A stretch of DNA of 64,000 nucleotides from an uncultured delta proteobacterium (GCA_963847445.1 CAWJZV010000028.1:1-64000), one strand, 5' to 3'. Numbered from the stretch's first letter, positions 37,693-51,463 are shown. A program made the numbers and translations. Notes: generated by a model not told the origin, from the sequence alone.

Positions 37693-38638
37693 CTAAGGGA
37701 TGCCGAGATCTTCGATCTTGCGGTAGAGAGAGGAGAGGCTGATGTCCAGGAGTTTAGCCGCTTCCTTGCGATCCTGGTTAGTGTGCTCGAGCACGCGGGC
37801 GATATGCTTTTTTTCGAACTGATTGATTGAATCCTTCAAGTTGAAGGTAAACGCCGCCTGGCCGGCGCTACTGGCGATCACCGCGGCGGGCAAATCTGTG
37901 AGCGCAATGCGCTCGCCTTCGGCAAGAATCATCGTATGCTCGATGACGTTGTCGAGCTCGCGCACATTGCCTTTCCACGGCAGCGCCATCAGGAGTTGCA
38001 CGGCATCGGCGTCGATGCCGTCGAAAATTGCGTTTGAGCTCCGGGTTGTGGCGCTTGATAAAATAGTCGATCAACAGCGGAATATCCTCGGGACGATCCT
38101 TTAAAGGCGGGATGTGGATCTCCATGACATTCAACCGGTAAAAAAGATCCTCGCGGAAACGGCCCGCCGCCACTTCTTGGGTCAAGTCGCGATTGGTTGC
38201 CGCCAAGATACGCACGTCGATTTGCCGTGGTGTCGTCGTGCCGATGGGGAGAATTTCTTTGGCTTCGAGGGCGCGCAGCAGTTTGACTTGCAGATGCTGC
38301 GGGATCTCGCCGATCTCGTCGAGAAAAATCGTCCCGCCCCTGGCTTTCTCCAACAATCCTTCTTGATTGGCGAAGGCGCCGGTAAACGAGCCCTTCATAT
38401 GGCCGAATAGCAAACTTTCCAGCAGCGTCTCCGGCAGCGCGCCGCAGTTGACCGGCAAAAACAGTTTGTCCTTGCGCTCGCTCAGCGCGTGCAGCGCCAA
38501 GGCGATCAGTTCCTTGCCGGTGCCGCTGGCGCCGGTAATTAAAACCGTCGCCTGAGTGTTGGCGACTTTCTTGACCAAGTCGAGCACGTCGCGCAGCGCT
38601 TTGCTCTTGCCGATGATGTTGTCGAGGTGAAATTCCAT
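37693..38638 (-). CDS. sigma54-dependent activator (AAA+ and Fis HTH) lacking an N-terminal sensor domain; one frameshift
   Basis: [48 protein letters not shown]. Confidence 0.88.
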
Positions 38639-38801
38639 GGCTAGATCTACATTAAGCCCCGTCTCTTGCGGCGGGAACAACTAAAAGTTTCAAAGGGGGC
38701 GAGCATCCCCTTGCAATATTTAAATTGGCAGCGGGGTTAATTCCCCGCGCGAGTAGCTTCGTTAATGGAAACGGCAAATCGCCCGCGGGTTGGCTATAGC
38801 G

Positions 38802-39305
38802 TCAGAGCCTTTCCGCCGCGGACAACAGCTCGGGGTTGGCACAGAATCGCCGCAGCGCGGCCTTGAGTTTTTGTCTTTGAATGCTCGCCGGGACGCCGAG
38901 ATTTTCCATCGTCTTGGCGATCTGTTCCCCGCCCAAATGAGTCAGCTTGCTATAGATCGCGTCGATCTCTGAGCTTTCGATATCGACAGCGATGCGAAAG
39001 GCCTCTTCCACCGTCAACGAAGCCGTGCCTTGGGCAAGAAAAGCCTTCAGCCGCAGACTCAGCTGTTGGGCCTTGTCGCGGTTGATCATCGGGTCCAAGG
39101 TCGGTTCGTCAAAATTTTCGATGATCTCGCGGCACGCCTGTAAGATGCAGCCATGCTGCTCTTCTTCCCTGGCCATCTCCCACCAGAAATCGCGCAGTTC
39201 CGGCTGGGCCAGAAACAGATGCGAGAAGCGGAAGTAAATCTTAGCAACCAGCCGTTCGATCGCCGCGAAACGTCTCAGGGGATCGAACGGTTCCTCGGTA
39301 GTCAT
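38802..39305 (-). CDS. Ferritin-like (rubrerythrin-type) protein
   Basis: IERLVAKIY...FWWEMAREEEQH...IESSEID. Confidence 0.65.
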   Translation of the reverse strand: MTTEEPFDPLRRFAAIERLVAKIYFRFSHLFLAQPELRDFWWEMAREEEQHGCILQACREIIENFDEPTLDPMINRDKAQQLSLRLKAFLAQGTASLTVEEAFRIAVDIESSEIDAIYSKLTHLGGEQIAKTMENLGVPASIQRQKLKAALRRFCANPELLSAAERL

Positions 39306-39794
39306 GCGCTTGTTAAGATTCTCCTTGAGAAATTCCAGCAGCTCCACATGCTTTTCCGAATCGCGAATCATCGAATCCAACAGGACCTTGAACAGCCCGT
39401 GATAGTAACCGCTGCTCTCTTCAAGCAGGGTTTTGTATTCCTTGATCCCTTCTTTTTCAATCCGGATAAACTCTTCGGTCGACGTCGCGCAATCTGCCGT
39501 TTGCCGCTCGCGACATCGTCGCCGCCTTCGAGGCTGCCGGCTGGCTTTGTCCAGGTCAGGCTCCCTTTTAGCGTTGCCACCATGGCGTGGACCACCGCTC
39601 GATGCTTTTCTTCGTCCGAAATGATCATCTGCAAGCAAAAAGCGGGTCATCGGGTTGGCCGTTTCACCGAGACTCTTCTTGTAGATTGCGATCGACTGCT
39701 CTTCCTTCGCTTCATGGGCTTCGAACTCATTGAGCAACCGTTCAATGGGCGAGATCCCTTCCGGTGTCTTCATCAAGTCGAACATCGTGCTCAT
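39302..39794 (-). CDS. Ferritin-like protein, frameshifted
   Basis: HEAKE, IISDEEKH, IEKEG, IRDSEKH motifs; GGAGA RBS. Confidence 0.65.
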
Positions 39795-39967
39795 GTCTCC
39801 TAGCTCATCCATGACCTTCTCCCTTCTCTATCAAATGGCTGGCGAGGATGTTGCCCCGTCAGACTTGCCTAATGCGCCGCTCCCCTATCGCTTGACCTTC
39901 TCTGCGCATAACCTATCCCTCATTTTGCCTTTGTACTTTTACTTCTCCCTATTATCCACACGCTAGC

Positions 39968-39982
39968 GCAATGAGTGTGCCA
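39968..39982 (-). promoter_or_regulatory. sigma54 -24/-12 promoter
   Basis: Minus strand TGGCAC-ACTCA-TTGC. Confidence 0.75.
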
Positions 39983-40034
39983 GGGAAATTTAACCGGAAC
40001 TTCGGCGCGTTTATCATAGATAGCGGCGGAACTC

Positions 40035-40081
40035 TTCGCAGCGACAGGAATCGAAACCTGGCAATTTCGCAGTTGTGCGAA
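40035..40081. promoter_or_regulatory. Tandem enhancer-like sites between divergent promoters
   Basis: ttcgca-gcga-caggaa (40035) and perfect ttcgca-gttg-tgcgaa (40066), 31 bp apart. Confidence 0.6.
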
Positions 40082-40130
40082 AGCCATTGATCGATTAGTT
40101 CATTTCACCTCTGGCATTGCGGAAATTATC

Positions 40131-40145
40131 CGGCACAATAATCGC
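40131..40145 (+). promoter_or_regulatory. Possible sigma54 promoter (pfk-gap operon)
   Basis: CGGCAC-AATAA-TCGC. Confidence 0.5.
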
Positions 40146-40161
40146 AAAGCATTACGTCATC

Positions 40162-41488
<1,327 letters not shown>

Positions 41489-41499
41489 CAGGAGAAGGC

Positions 41500-42527
<1,028 letters not shown>

Positions 42528-42541
42528 CAAGGAGCAAAACC

Positions 42542-42933
42542 ATGATCGCCAAAGATATCATGACCCGTGACATCATCACCGTCAGCTCCGACCATGAGCG
42601 TGAAAAACTTAGCCATGACGCTGATCAAGAATCAGATCAGCGGCGCGCCGGTGGCCGGCAAAAACGGCAAGATCGTCGGCGTCGTCTCGGAAGCCGACAT
42701 CATCGCCAAGAAAGGCAAAGACGTCAAATCGATCATGAGCAAGAAAGTCATCAGCGTGAGCGAAGAGACCTCGGTCGAGGAAATCGCCCGCTTGATGACC
42801 GCCCACGCGATCAAACGCCTGCCGGTCATGAAGGACGGCGCCATCGTCGGCATCGTCAGCCGCGCCGACATCGTCAGCGCCATCGCCCAAGGCGAGCATG
42901 TCGCGATCCACACGCCGATCTACGATCTTGTAA
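42542..42933 (+). CDS. CBS-domain protein, frameshifted
   Basis: AKDIMT, ISGAPV, KRLPV, GIVSRADI. Confidence 0.82.
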
Positions 42934-43257
42934 AAAACCTTCTCCAGTCAACGCTGTATTCACCTTGCGCCGACGCGTAGTGGTTCAGCTTGCAGTCCGC
43001 GCAATGCATTTCGCCTGCAAGCGCTTTCTCGCTGCGCTCGAAATGACAGCCGCATAGTCGCCTCGTCATCTCGACCAAAGTGAGAGCTCGATCCACTGGA
43101 CATACCGCCGCAGTTGCGTCTCGCAGCCGTCGCTCAAGGTCACTAAAGCATTCTTAATTGTGAGAAGTATTTCCACGCCGATTCCAATCGATAGGAAATT
43201 TTCCGAACGATCGTCCGAAAAACTTCTGTTACTGCGCTCATTCCGTCGGTTAACATC

Positions 43258-43272
43258 TGGCATCGCCCTTGC
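43258..43272 (+). promoter_or_regulatory. sigma54 -24/-12 promoter
   Basis: TGGCAT-CGCCC-TTGC. Confidence 0.72.
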
Positions 43273-43344
43273 GATGAGTTCTGGCCAATTGCGCTGACAC
43301 CCCTTTGCGGTGCGACAAAATCGACAACTCATCAGGGAGGAATC

Positions 43345-44461
43345 ATGGCGGAGCGCATCACCAATTTCGACGACTGGAAAGATCTGTTTTACAAATGGCA
43401 AAAGGATATCGGCTTCGATCCCGAGCTGGTCAAGGATTACAAGTTCGATGCGATCTACGATGAGGGCACCAGCCCGACCATCGAGTTCGGCGAGTTCAAA
43501 GGGCCGGAAAAAATTCGAAAAGGTTCTCGACATGCCGACCCAGGACATGCGCGACTCGTTGCTCCATTTGATCTTTTATCAGGGCGACACCGAATTCGGC
43601 TCTTCGGAACAGCAGCGCAAACTGATCGACAGCGCGCCCAGCGACTACGATCGCCAGTGTCTGATTCGCGTCATGCGCGAAGAGCAGCGCCATGGCTGGC
43701 AGATGTGCCATGTGCTGATCTCCAACTTCGGCGATTCCGGCAAATTGGAAGCGCGCAAGCTGCTCGAACGCCACGCTTATGACAACTCCCGGCTGCTTGG
43801 CGCTTTAACAAGAACGTCGACGACTTCATCGACTTCGTCACCTACACTTGCTTCATCGACCGCGACGGCAAGTATCAGCTCACCATGCTGCATCATTCGA
43901 GCTTCGCGCCGTTGTCGCGCAGCATGGGACCGATGCTGAAGGAAGAAGCCTTTCATTTGTTCACCGGTCAGACCGGTCTGGCGAGAATCGTCAAAGCCGG
44001 CAAAGTGCCGATTCCGATCCTGCAAAAATATCTGAACAAGTGGCTGTCGACCGGCTACGACCTATTTGGCAAAGACCATTCGACTTCCGCGGCTCGCTTC
44101 TATCGCTGGGGCTTCAAGGGACGGTTCGACGAAGCCACCGCCAAGGAACCGCCAAAGGATCTCGACCGCCTGAACGAGGAAGCGCGCATTCTCTATTACA
44201 AAGAAGACTGCGAAATCATCGACGGGTTGAATCGGCTGATTCCCGAAGGCAGCCCCAAACTACGGGCGCCGGACATGAAGTTTAACCGCCAGATCGGCGA
44301 CTACGAGGGCAAGATGTATCAGCGTCGAAGGCAACCCACTGTCCGAGGCCGAGTATAAGAAGCATCTCGAAGAGGTCTTGCCGGGTCCGGCGGATCGCAA
44401 AGTCTTGGAACCGATCTTCAAGGCCGGCAACTGGATGTCAGCGGGCGCGGCCAACGCCTAA
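43345..44461 (+). CDS. Di-iron aryl-CoA epoxidase-like protein (short BoxB/PaaA family), frameshifted
   Basis: QGDTEFGSSEQQ, APSDYD, EEQRH, DRDGKYQL, EEAFH. Confidence 0.8.
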
Positions 44462-44476
44462 CCATTGCCCGAAGCT

Positions 44477-44517
44477 CGTCACGGCGGCGCGCGTTCGTCG
44501 TTCGCGCCGCCGTGACG
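44477..44517. repeat. Perfect 15-bp intergenic stem-loop
   Basis: cgtcacggcggcgcg / cgcgccgccgtgacg; no U-tract. Confidence 0.55.
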
Positions 44518-44559
44518 CTCGCAAGGATTAACTTTCCGGCCGGTGTAAGGGAGCGCACT

Positions 44560-45512
44560 ATGCCTCAAGATGCGACCGCGATGGACGCGCGCCGAGATCT
44601 CGACCTTGCGCTGGATGCCAAGTGGCTATCCGGCCTATGGAACGTCAGCAACGAGGATCGCACCGGCGAGCCCAAAACCAAAGTCAAACCTCATCTGTGG
44701 AAATGGGCCGATGTCTACGACTCGCTGCAACGGGCGCGCGATGTCATCGGCATCGGCCCCGGCACTGCCGAACGGCGCTATATCCGCTTGGTCAATCCAG
44801 GGCTCAACGATCGACAAGTTGACCGCGCACACCATGCTCTTCGGCTTTCAATTGATTCAACCCGGCGAAGTCGCGCCGGCGCACCGCCATACCATGACCG
44901 CCTTCCGTTTTGTCCTCCAGGGCAAAGGGGCGTTCACCAATGTCGACGGCGAGAAGATGCTCATGCAGCCCGGCGACTTGATCCGCACGCCGCAGTGGGC
45001 CTGGCACGAGCATGAAAACCAAGGCAGCGAAGCGATGATCTGGGCCGATGGCCTCGATGTGCCGTTGATCGAAACACTACAAGTCGTGTCCGTCGAGCGC
45101 CGGCATGAGGAGCGGCTGCGGGTTAAAGAAGGGACAATCCATCCGTCGCTTTACGGCATGATGCGTCCGGCCGGCCAAGCCGCGCAACAATTGGTTGCGC
45201 CGCTGCACTATCGTTGGTCGGACACCTACGCGGCCCTGCAGCGGCTCGCCGAGAAAGTCGCCGATCCCTACGACGGCGTCGCTTTGGATTATGTCGATCC
45301 TTTGACCGGCGGCCCGACCTTCCCGACCCTGCTCTGCCGCATCCAAATGTTCCGTCCCGGCGAGCAGACCCAGAGCCATCGCCATCGCAGCACCAGCATC
45401 TACCATGTCTTTCGCGGCAGCGGCACGACCCAGGTCGACGGCAAGACCTTGGCATGGGAGCAAGGCGGACAGTTTCGTCGTGCCGCTATGGAGCTGGCAC
45501 AGCCATGCGAAT
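44560..45512 (+). pseudogene. Gentisate 1,2-dioxygenase-like bicupin, C-terminally truncated
   Basis: ERRxIRLVNPG, APAHRH, WAWHEH, DGLDVP, SHRH, VVPLWSWHSH then abrupt end. Confidence 0.75.
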
Positions 45513-45595
45513 CTACGTCAGGCGATCTGGACAAATCAAAAAAGTTTTACGGCGAAGTCGTCGGCCTAAAAATCTCCGACGAGTTGCCGGGCTTG
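45511..45595 (+). pseudogene. Fragment of a VOC/glyoxalase-family gene
   Basis: DLDKSKKFYGEVVGLKISD resembles a VOC N-terminal motif. Confidence 0.5.
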
Positions 45596-45660
45596 GATGA
45601 CCGCAGCCGACCCGCCGATCAATGGCGCCGCCTAGACCATGTTTAGTTGAGGTAAACGAA

Positions 45661-46339
45661 ATGCAAAGCTGGTTTCCGGAAAACGTCTCGACTTACGGTG
45701 GCGATGTCGATGGCATCTTTTGGTTTATCTTCTACATCGTCACCGTTTGGTTTTTCCTCACCGAAGGGCTGATTCTTTACTTTGTCTTTCGCTATCGGCG
45801 CAAACCCGGCCGCAAGGCAGTTTACGCGGCGGGCGATACCTGGGCGCAACTGGCTTGGATTCTCGTCCCAATGGCGATCGTGGTCGTGCTCGACTCTGTT
45901 CATTGACATTCGCGGCGCCGACGTCTGGGCCAAAGTGAAACTGCAACGTCCGCCTACCGATTTCGTCGTGCATGGGATCGGCAAGCAGTTCAACTGGGAA
46001 TTTGTCTACGCCGGCGCGGACGGGAAATTCGGCACGGACGACGACATCAAGACCGACAACGAACTGCATGTTCCGGTCGGCAAACCGATCCAGGTCATCC
46101 TGATGTCCAAGGACGTGATCCACAGCTTCTTCCTGCCGCATTTTCGCCTCAAACAAGACGCCATGCCGGGAAGAAATATTCCGGTATGGTTCGAGGCGAC
46201 CAAGACCGGCCAGTTCGAAATTCCCTGTGCGGAACTTTGCGGCTTTGGCCATTCGGGAATGAAAGGCCTCTTGGTAGTTCACACGCCGGACGAGTACCAG
46301 AAATGGTATCAAGGAAAAACGACCGGCTCGGGGGCCTAA
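45661..46339 (+). CDS. coxB: Cytochrome c oxidase subunit II, frameshifted
   Basis: QFNWEF, DVIHSF, CAELCGFGHSGM (CuA). Confidence 0.92.
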
Positions 46340-46375
46340 CCAAAACATCGGACCACCACAGAAGAGGTAAAACCC

Positions 46376-48089
46376 GTGAATGAGATAGCGACAAATCCGC
46401 ACGCCCATAGTGACAATCGAAGTTTTGTCAGCCGTTACGTTTTTTCGACCGATCACAAAGTCATCGCCAAACAGTACTTGAGCCTCTCATTATTTTGGAT
46501 GCTTTTGGGCGCCGGCTCGGCGTACTTGATTCGCTGGCAGATCGCCCATCCCGACACGGAAGCCTTTGGTTGGGGCTACATCGAGCCGAACGTCTACAAT
46601 CAGTTGGTCACCATGCACGGCACGATCATGGTTTTCTTTGTCGCCATGCCGCTATTGCTCGCGGCCTTCGGAAATTTCTTAATCCCGCTCATGGTCGGCG
46701 CCCGCGACATGGCGTTTCCGCGCCTGAACATGCTGTCGGTGTGGATTTTTACATTGGCTTCGATCGTCTTGGTCACGTCGTTTTTCGTTCCCGGCGGCGC
46801 AGCAGCCGCCGGTTGGACAGGCTATCCTCCGCTATCGGCCAAGAACGAATACACCGGTGGCGGCTATGGTATGGATCTCTGGCTACTCGCCCTCGCCCTG
46901 GAGTTTGCCTCGTTCCTGCTCGGCGGCATCAACTTTTTGACGACGGCAATTAACATGCGCGCGCCGGGGATGACGCTGATGCGCCTGCCGATACTCGTTT
47001 GGATGCAACTGATTGCCGCGGTGGTTTTTATGCTGTCGGTCGGTCCGACCATCGCCGGCGCGATATTACTCCTCATGGATAGAAACTTGGGCACGACTTT
47101 TTACGCCCCTGACGCCGGCGGCGATCCTCTACTCTGGCAGCACTTGTTCTGGTTCTTCGGCCACCCCGAGGTTTACGTGGTCCTGCTGCCGGGGCTGGGC
47201 ATCATTTTGGAAATCATTGCCGTGTTCGCGCGCAAACCGGTGTTCGCCTACCGGCCGATCATCTACGCATCGATCATTTCCGGTTTCCTGAGTTTCATGG
47301 TCTGGGCGCACCATCAATACGTCAGCGGCATGGACCCGCGACTCGCTATGCCGTTCAGTATCACGACAATTATCATTTCGGTGCCCTTCGCCTTGGTGAT
47401 CTTTTCGATCATCGCCACTCTGTGGGGTTCTTCGATGATTTTTACCACACCGATGCTTTTTGCCGTCGGCACTCTGGGGGTTTTCATCTTCGGCGGCCTG
47501 ACGGGCATTTTTAACGGTTCCGCGCCGGTCGATATTTATATCCACGATACCTATTTCGTCGTCGCCCATTTTCACTACACGCTGATCAGCAATGTCTTTT
47601 TTGGCGGTTTCGCCGGACTTTATTTTTGGTTCCCGAAGATGTTCGGTCGCATGATGAACGAGACCTTGGGTAAGATCCATTTCTGGCTCACCTTTGCATT
47701 CTTCAATCTAATATTCGGACCGATGCATGTGGTCGGGCTCGGTGGCATGATGCGGCGCATCGCCAATCCGACCCAATATGATTTCTTGAAGCCGGTGGAA
47801 CCGCTCAATATCTTCATCACGCTGATGGCGATTCTCTTGATCCTTTCGCAATCCGTCTTTGTCATCAACTTCTTCTGGAGCCTATTGGCCGGCAAAGTCG
47901 CCGCCGCCAATCCGTGGCAAGCCAACACTCTGGAGTGGACCACCAGCTCACCGCCGCCGCACGAGAACTTCGATGTCGACCCCCGTGGTCTACCGGGGCG
48001 CTTACGAGTACAGCTTGCCGGGTCAAAAAGAAGATTGGTTGCCGCAAAATTTGGATTTGGGAGACAGCGCAAAAGCGGCGGTTCACTGA
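46376..48089 (+). CDS. coxA: Cytochrome c oxidase subunit I (A1 type)
   Basis: TDHK, TMHG, WFFGHPEVY, WAHH, VVAHFH, MRR; frameshift near the C-terminus. Confidence 0.95.
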
Positions 48090-48147
48090 ACGAAGGCTGA
48101 CCGCAACGAAGGCATCAGCATTTGAAACGCCCTTGGGAGGAATCACT

Positions 48148-48723
48148 TTGACGACAAACGCAATGACGTTGGATAGTACTAACGAGCCTTACGGCAAAGT
48201 CGGCACCTGGTGGTTTCTTTCTTCGGAGATCCCGACGTTTGGCGCCATTTTGGTTGCCTACATCGTGATGCGGCTCGGCAGCACCGGTTGGACCGAAGCC
48301 TCGCACCACTTGAACTTCAATATCGCGCTCATCAATACCTTTATCTTGCTCACTAGCAGCATGACCATCGTCATGGCCCATGGTGCGGTGCAAGATGGGG
48401 ATTTCAAACGCACGGCGAAGTTCTTGGGACTGACGGTCCTGCTGGGCCTTGGCTTTCTCGGCATGAAGGCGTTTGAGTATAGCACCGAGATCAGCCACGG
48501 CTTCTTGCCGAGCTCGGGGATCTTTTGGTCTTTTTATTACGGCATGACCGGGCTGCACGGCCTCCATGTAGTGGCTGGGATTATCATCAACTTGGTACTA
48601 TGGATCCAGGCCGTCAAGGGAACCTTGGCGCAGCACAGCCACCGGGTCGAATTAGCCGGTTTGTATTGGCACTTTGTCGACATCGTCTGGATCTTTCTCT
48701 TTCCGCTTCTCTATCTTGCTTAA
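48148..48723 (+). CDS. coxC: Cytochrome c oxidase subunit III
   Basis: FLSSE, LLTSS, TGLHGLHV, LYWHFVDIVW. Confidence 0.92.
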   Translation: MTTNAMTLDSTNEPYGKVGTWWFLSSEIPTFGAILVAYIVMRLGSTGWTEASHHLNFNIALINTFILLTSSMTIVMAHGAVQDGDFKRTAKFLGLTVLLGLGFLGMKAFEYSTEISHGFLPSSGIFWSFYYGMTGLHGLHVVAGIIINLVLWIQAVKGTLAQHSHRVELAGLYWHFVDIVWIFLFPLLYLA

Positions 48724-48735
48724 TCGGAGACCCAC

Positions 48736-49019
48736 ATGAGCAACGCCCAAACCCGTCAAACTCTTGTGATCTGGTACTGGCTGATGGCGCTCGTCGTCGT
48801 CTCGGTCGGCGCAAGCGTCGTATTGCCGAAGGCCGAAGCGCTGATGCTGATCTTTGCCGTCGCGGTGATCAAAGCGCTGTTAGTCGCGCGCAACTACATG
48901 CATTTGAAGACACGAAAAAGCGATCTATCTACGCGATCGCCCTGGTGCCGCTGGCCTTCGTGGTCATTTTTCTCTTCGGCCTGTTCCCCGATTTCGTCTA
49001 CCACGCGACGAAACCGTAA
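48736..49019 (+). CDS. Cytochrome c oxidase subunit IV family, frameshifted
   Basis: KALLVARNYMHLK motif, 3 TMs. Confidence 0.8.
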
Positions 49020-49079
49020 ACAGCCCAAGCGCCGCGCCAGAAATCGGCGGAGCGCTGCTCGAACTCGAGGCTCGGATCG

Positions 49080-49524
49080 TCAGGCCGCATCGCTGCCGTC
49101 AACAACGCCAAACTGATGATCTAAGTATTCGGCGAAGATGCGGCAGACATCCATGGCTGATAGAATACCCGCCAGTTTGCCCCTGCGGGTGACGATCGCC
49201 GAACCGATATGCCGCAGCGCCATCTGCGCGACCACTTCGCTCAATGGCGTATTGAAAGCGACGACATAAGGATCAATGACCATGACATCGCGGGCACGCA
49301 ACCGTGATTTCTCTTCCGGCGGCGACACTTCGCGGCAGACGATGATGCAGATCGCGCTCCGACACGATGCCAACGAGTTTGTCCTTCTCCTGGACCGGTA
49401 AGTGGCGAATGCCACGTTCGTCCATCATCTTCTCCAACCTGCCGAGCGGATCGCCGCTGTTGACGAAGTACGGAAACGATGTCATTACCGCCCCGACAAT
49501 GGGCATTTTCTTGGGTGATTTCAC
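49080..49524 (-). CDS. CBS-domain protein, frameshifted
   Basis: VMTSFP, IRHLPV, GIVSERD, GKLAGI. Confidence 0.8.
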
Positions 49525-49575
49525 GACCTCTCCTTCCTGGTTATCGACCGCCGCGGGCAAACTGCGCTACCGACA

Positions 49576-50016
49576 TCATGCTGGCCGCATCGACAGCACC
49601 GGGCAGCCCGCCCGCGCCACTACCTTGGCGGTGACGCTGCCGAGCAGGACCTGCTGAAAGCCGGTGCGTCCATGGGTCGACATGACGATCAAGTCGGCGT
49701 TTTCGCTCCGCGCCTTTTCGACGATCTTATTGTAGGGCACGCCGGCCTCGACGATCTCGGTCACCTCGACTTGCTCCATCAGGTCGGCAAAGTGCTCTGT
49801 CATGAATGCATGCAAGCGTTCTCTCTGTTGCGGCAACAAGGCATTAGCGGGATTGAGCTTGTCGTCGCTGCCGAGCCAATCGCTGTCTTCGCTAATCACA
49901 TGATAGACGATCACCGCGGCGCGCCGCTCCATGGCGAATTCTAGAGCATAGCGCAGCGCCGGTCGCGATAGATTTGACAGATCCGTCGGCGCGAGGATTT
50001 TGCTGGTTTTGATCAC
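49576..50016 (-). CDS. Universal stress protein
   Basis: ILAPTD, DLIVMSTHGRTG, LGSVT, CPVL. Confidence 0.92.
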   Translation of the reverse strand: MIKTSKILAPTDLSNLSRPALRYALEFAMERRAAVIVYHVISEDSDWLGSDDKLNPANALLPQQRERLHAFMTEHFADLMEQVEVTEIVEAGVPYNKIVEKARSENADLIVMSTHGRTGFQQVLLGSVTAKVVARAGCPVLSMRPA

Positions 50017-50065
50017 ATCACCCTCCTATGCGGCAAATTCCAATGAAATTCCATGGAGAACAAGA

Positions 50066-50252
50066 GCAAGAACTACGCCTTCGCGGCCGCGCTGTTAGGT
50101 AAAACAAATCCGCGGTCTCTACCTGAATTTTTTCGCAGCATTGCGCAAATCCACGGCGATATTCTCATTTGTGAAAACCAGCCGCCGAGTCAGCGCCGCA
50201 ATCGCGCCAACTCCCGCGATAATTTTTTTCGTGAGCTTGGCACGGACACTGC
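50066..50252. promoter_or_regulatory. Divergent sigma54 promoters with tandem enhancer-like sites
   Basis: Minus AGGCGT-AGTTC-TTGC (50066-50080); plus TGGCAC-GGACA-CTGC (50238-50252); ttcgca-gcat-tgcgca (50132) and ttctca-tttg-tgaaaa (50162). Confidence 0.6.
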
Positions 50253-50292
50253 ACCGATAACGGGTGCAGCAACTATTGAGGAGGAACCGAGG

Positions 50293-50709
50293 ATGAAAGT
50301 TGTAGACCTGATGACCAACGACCCATTGACCGTGACGACCGCGGAAACCGTCGGTAAAGCCGACGAACTCATGGCGGAAAACAATATACGGCAAATCCCG
50401 GTGGTCAACGGCCGCGAACTCGTCGGCATCGTCACCGACCGCGATGTCCGGGCGTTTCTCAGCGACGCCCTATTGGCCCAACCCGAAGCCAGAGAGCGCG
50501 CCTTGAAGACTTCAGTGGGCGATATCATGACCACGGAGCCGCTGTTCATCACCCCCGATGACGATCTCAAGGACGCCGTCGAAATGCTCATCGAACAAAA
50601 GTTCGGCGCCATCCCGGTGGTCGACGAAGCCGAAGGACTGGTTGGTATCGTCTCCTATGTCGATGTGCTGCGCAGTTATCTCGAACGGCTACAGGAGGAA
50701 GGGACATGA
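50293..50709 (+). CDS. CBS-domain protein
   Basis: MKVVDLMT, RQIPVV, GIVTDRD, GAIPVVD; GAGG RBS. Confidence 0.88.
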   Translation: MKVVDLMTNDPLTVTTAETVGKADELMAENNIRQIPVVNGRELVGIVTDRDVRAFLSDALLAQPEARERALKTSVGDIMTTEPLFITPDDDLKDAVEMLIEQKFGAIPVVDEAEGLVGIVSYVDVLRSYLERLQEEGT

Positions 50710-51128
50710 AAAACGGCAAAGAAGGAGTCGTCCGCGAAATCATGATGGGCAGCCCGGTAACGCTCAAGCCAGAAGACACCTTGGACTTGGCCAACGATGT
50801 CATATCCCTCGGCCGCATTCGCCATATCCCGATTGTCGATGGCAGCCGGCTGGTCGGCATCGTCACCGAACGGGATCTGATCGGCGCCGCCGCCGCGCAA
50901 ATCTTCGGCCTCAAACGGAAGAGCAAATCGGCGCTACTGAAAAGCGTGCTGATCAAGGAAGTGATGAAGAAGCGCGTCATCACCGCGGCGCCCGACACGC
51001 CGATCAAAGATATCGCGCATTTGATGGCCAATAAAAAGATCGGCTGCGTGCCGGTGGTCAGCGACGGCATGGTGGTCGGCCTAGTAACGACGACAGACAT
51101 CTTGCGCTATGTCGAAAGCCTGGCGTGA
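50706..51128 (+). CDS. CBS-domain protein
   Basis: VREIM, RHIPIV, KIGCVPVV, TTTDIL. Confidence 0.88.
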   Translation: MKNGKEGVVREIMMGSPVTLKPEDTLDLANDVISLGRIRHIPIVDGSRLVGIVTERDLIGAAAAQIFGLKRKSKSALLKSVLIKEVMKKRVITAAPDTPIKDIAHLMANKKIGCVPVVSDGMVVGLVTTTDILRYVESLA

Positions 51129-51196
51129 AATTTGGACTGTGGAATCTGAAATTTGCAATTTGAGATTCCTCGCGCAGCGAGGACAGGGGAGGTGTT

Positions 51197-51463
51197 ATGG
51201 GCGGTTTTTTGGGCGACAAAGAAGTACTCACTAAAGAACGAGTCAAGGAAATACTGCGCAACAAGGAATATAACTTCTTCGAAGAGAAAGTTAATCTGCT
51301 CGAAGTCAGGGACGACTCCTTGTTGCTGAAAGTTTCCTTCTTGATCGAACACAGGACACGCATGATCGTGATCGAGGAAAAAGATCCCATCGTCGTGCCG
51401 TTTAGCGATTTCAAAGTCGAGGATTGGGGCGACGGCATCAAAAAGATCGCCGATATCGAATGA
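51197..51463 (+). CDS. Hypothetical protein (88 aa)
   Basis: GGAGG RBS; soluble globular composition. Confidence 0.65.
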   Translation: MGGFLGDKEVLTKERVKEILRNKEYNFFEEKVNLLEVRDDSLLLKVSFLIEHRTRMIVIEEKDPIVVPFSDFKVEDWGDGIKKIADIE

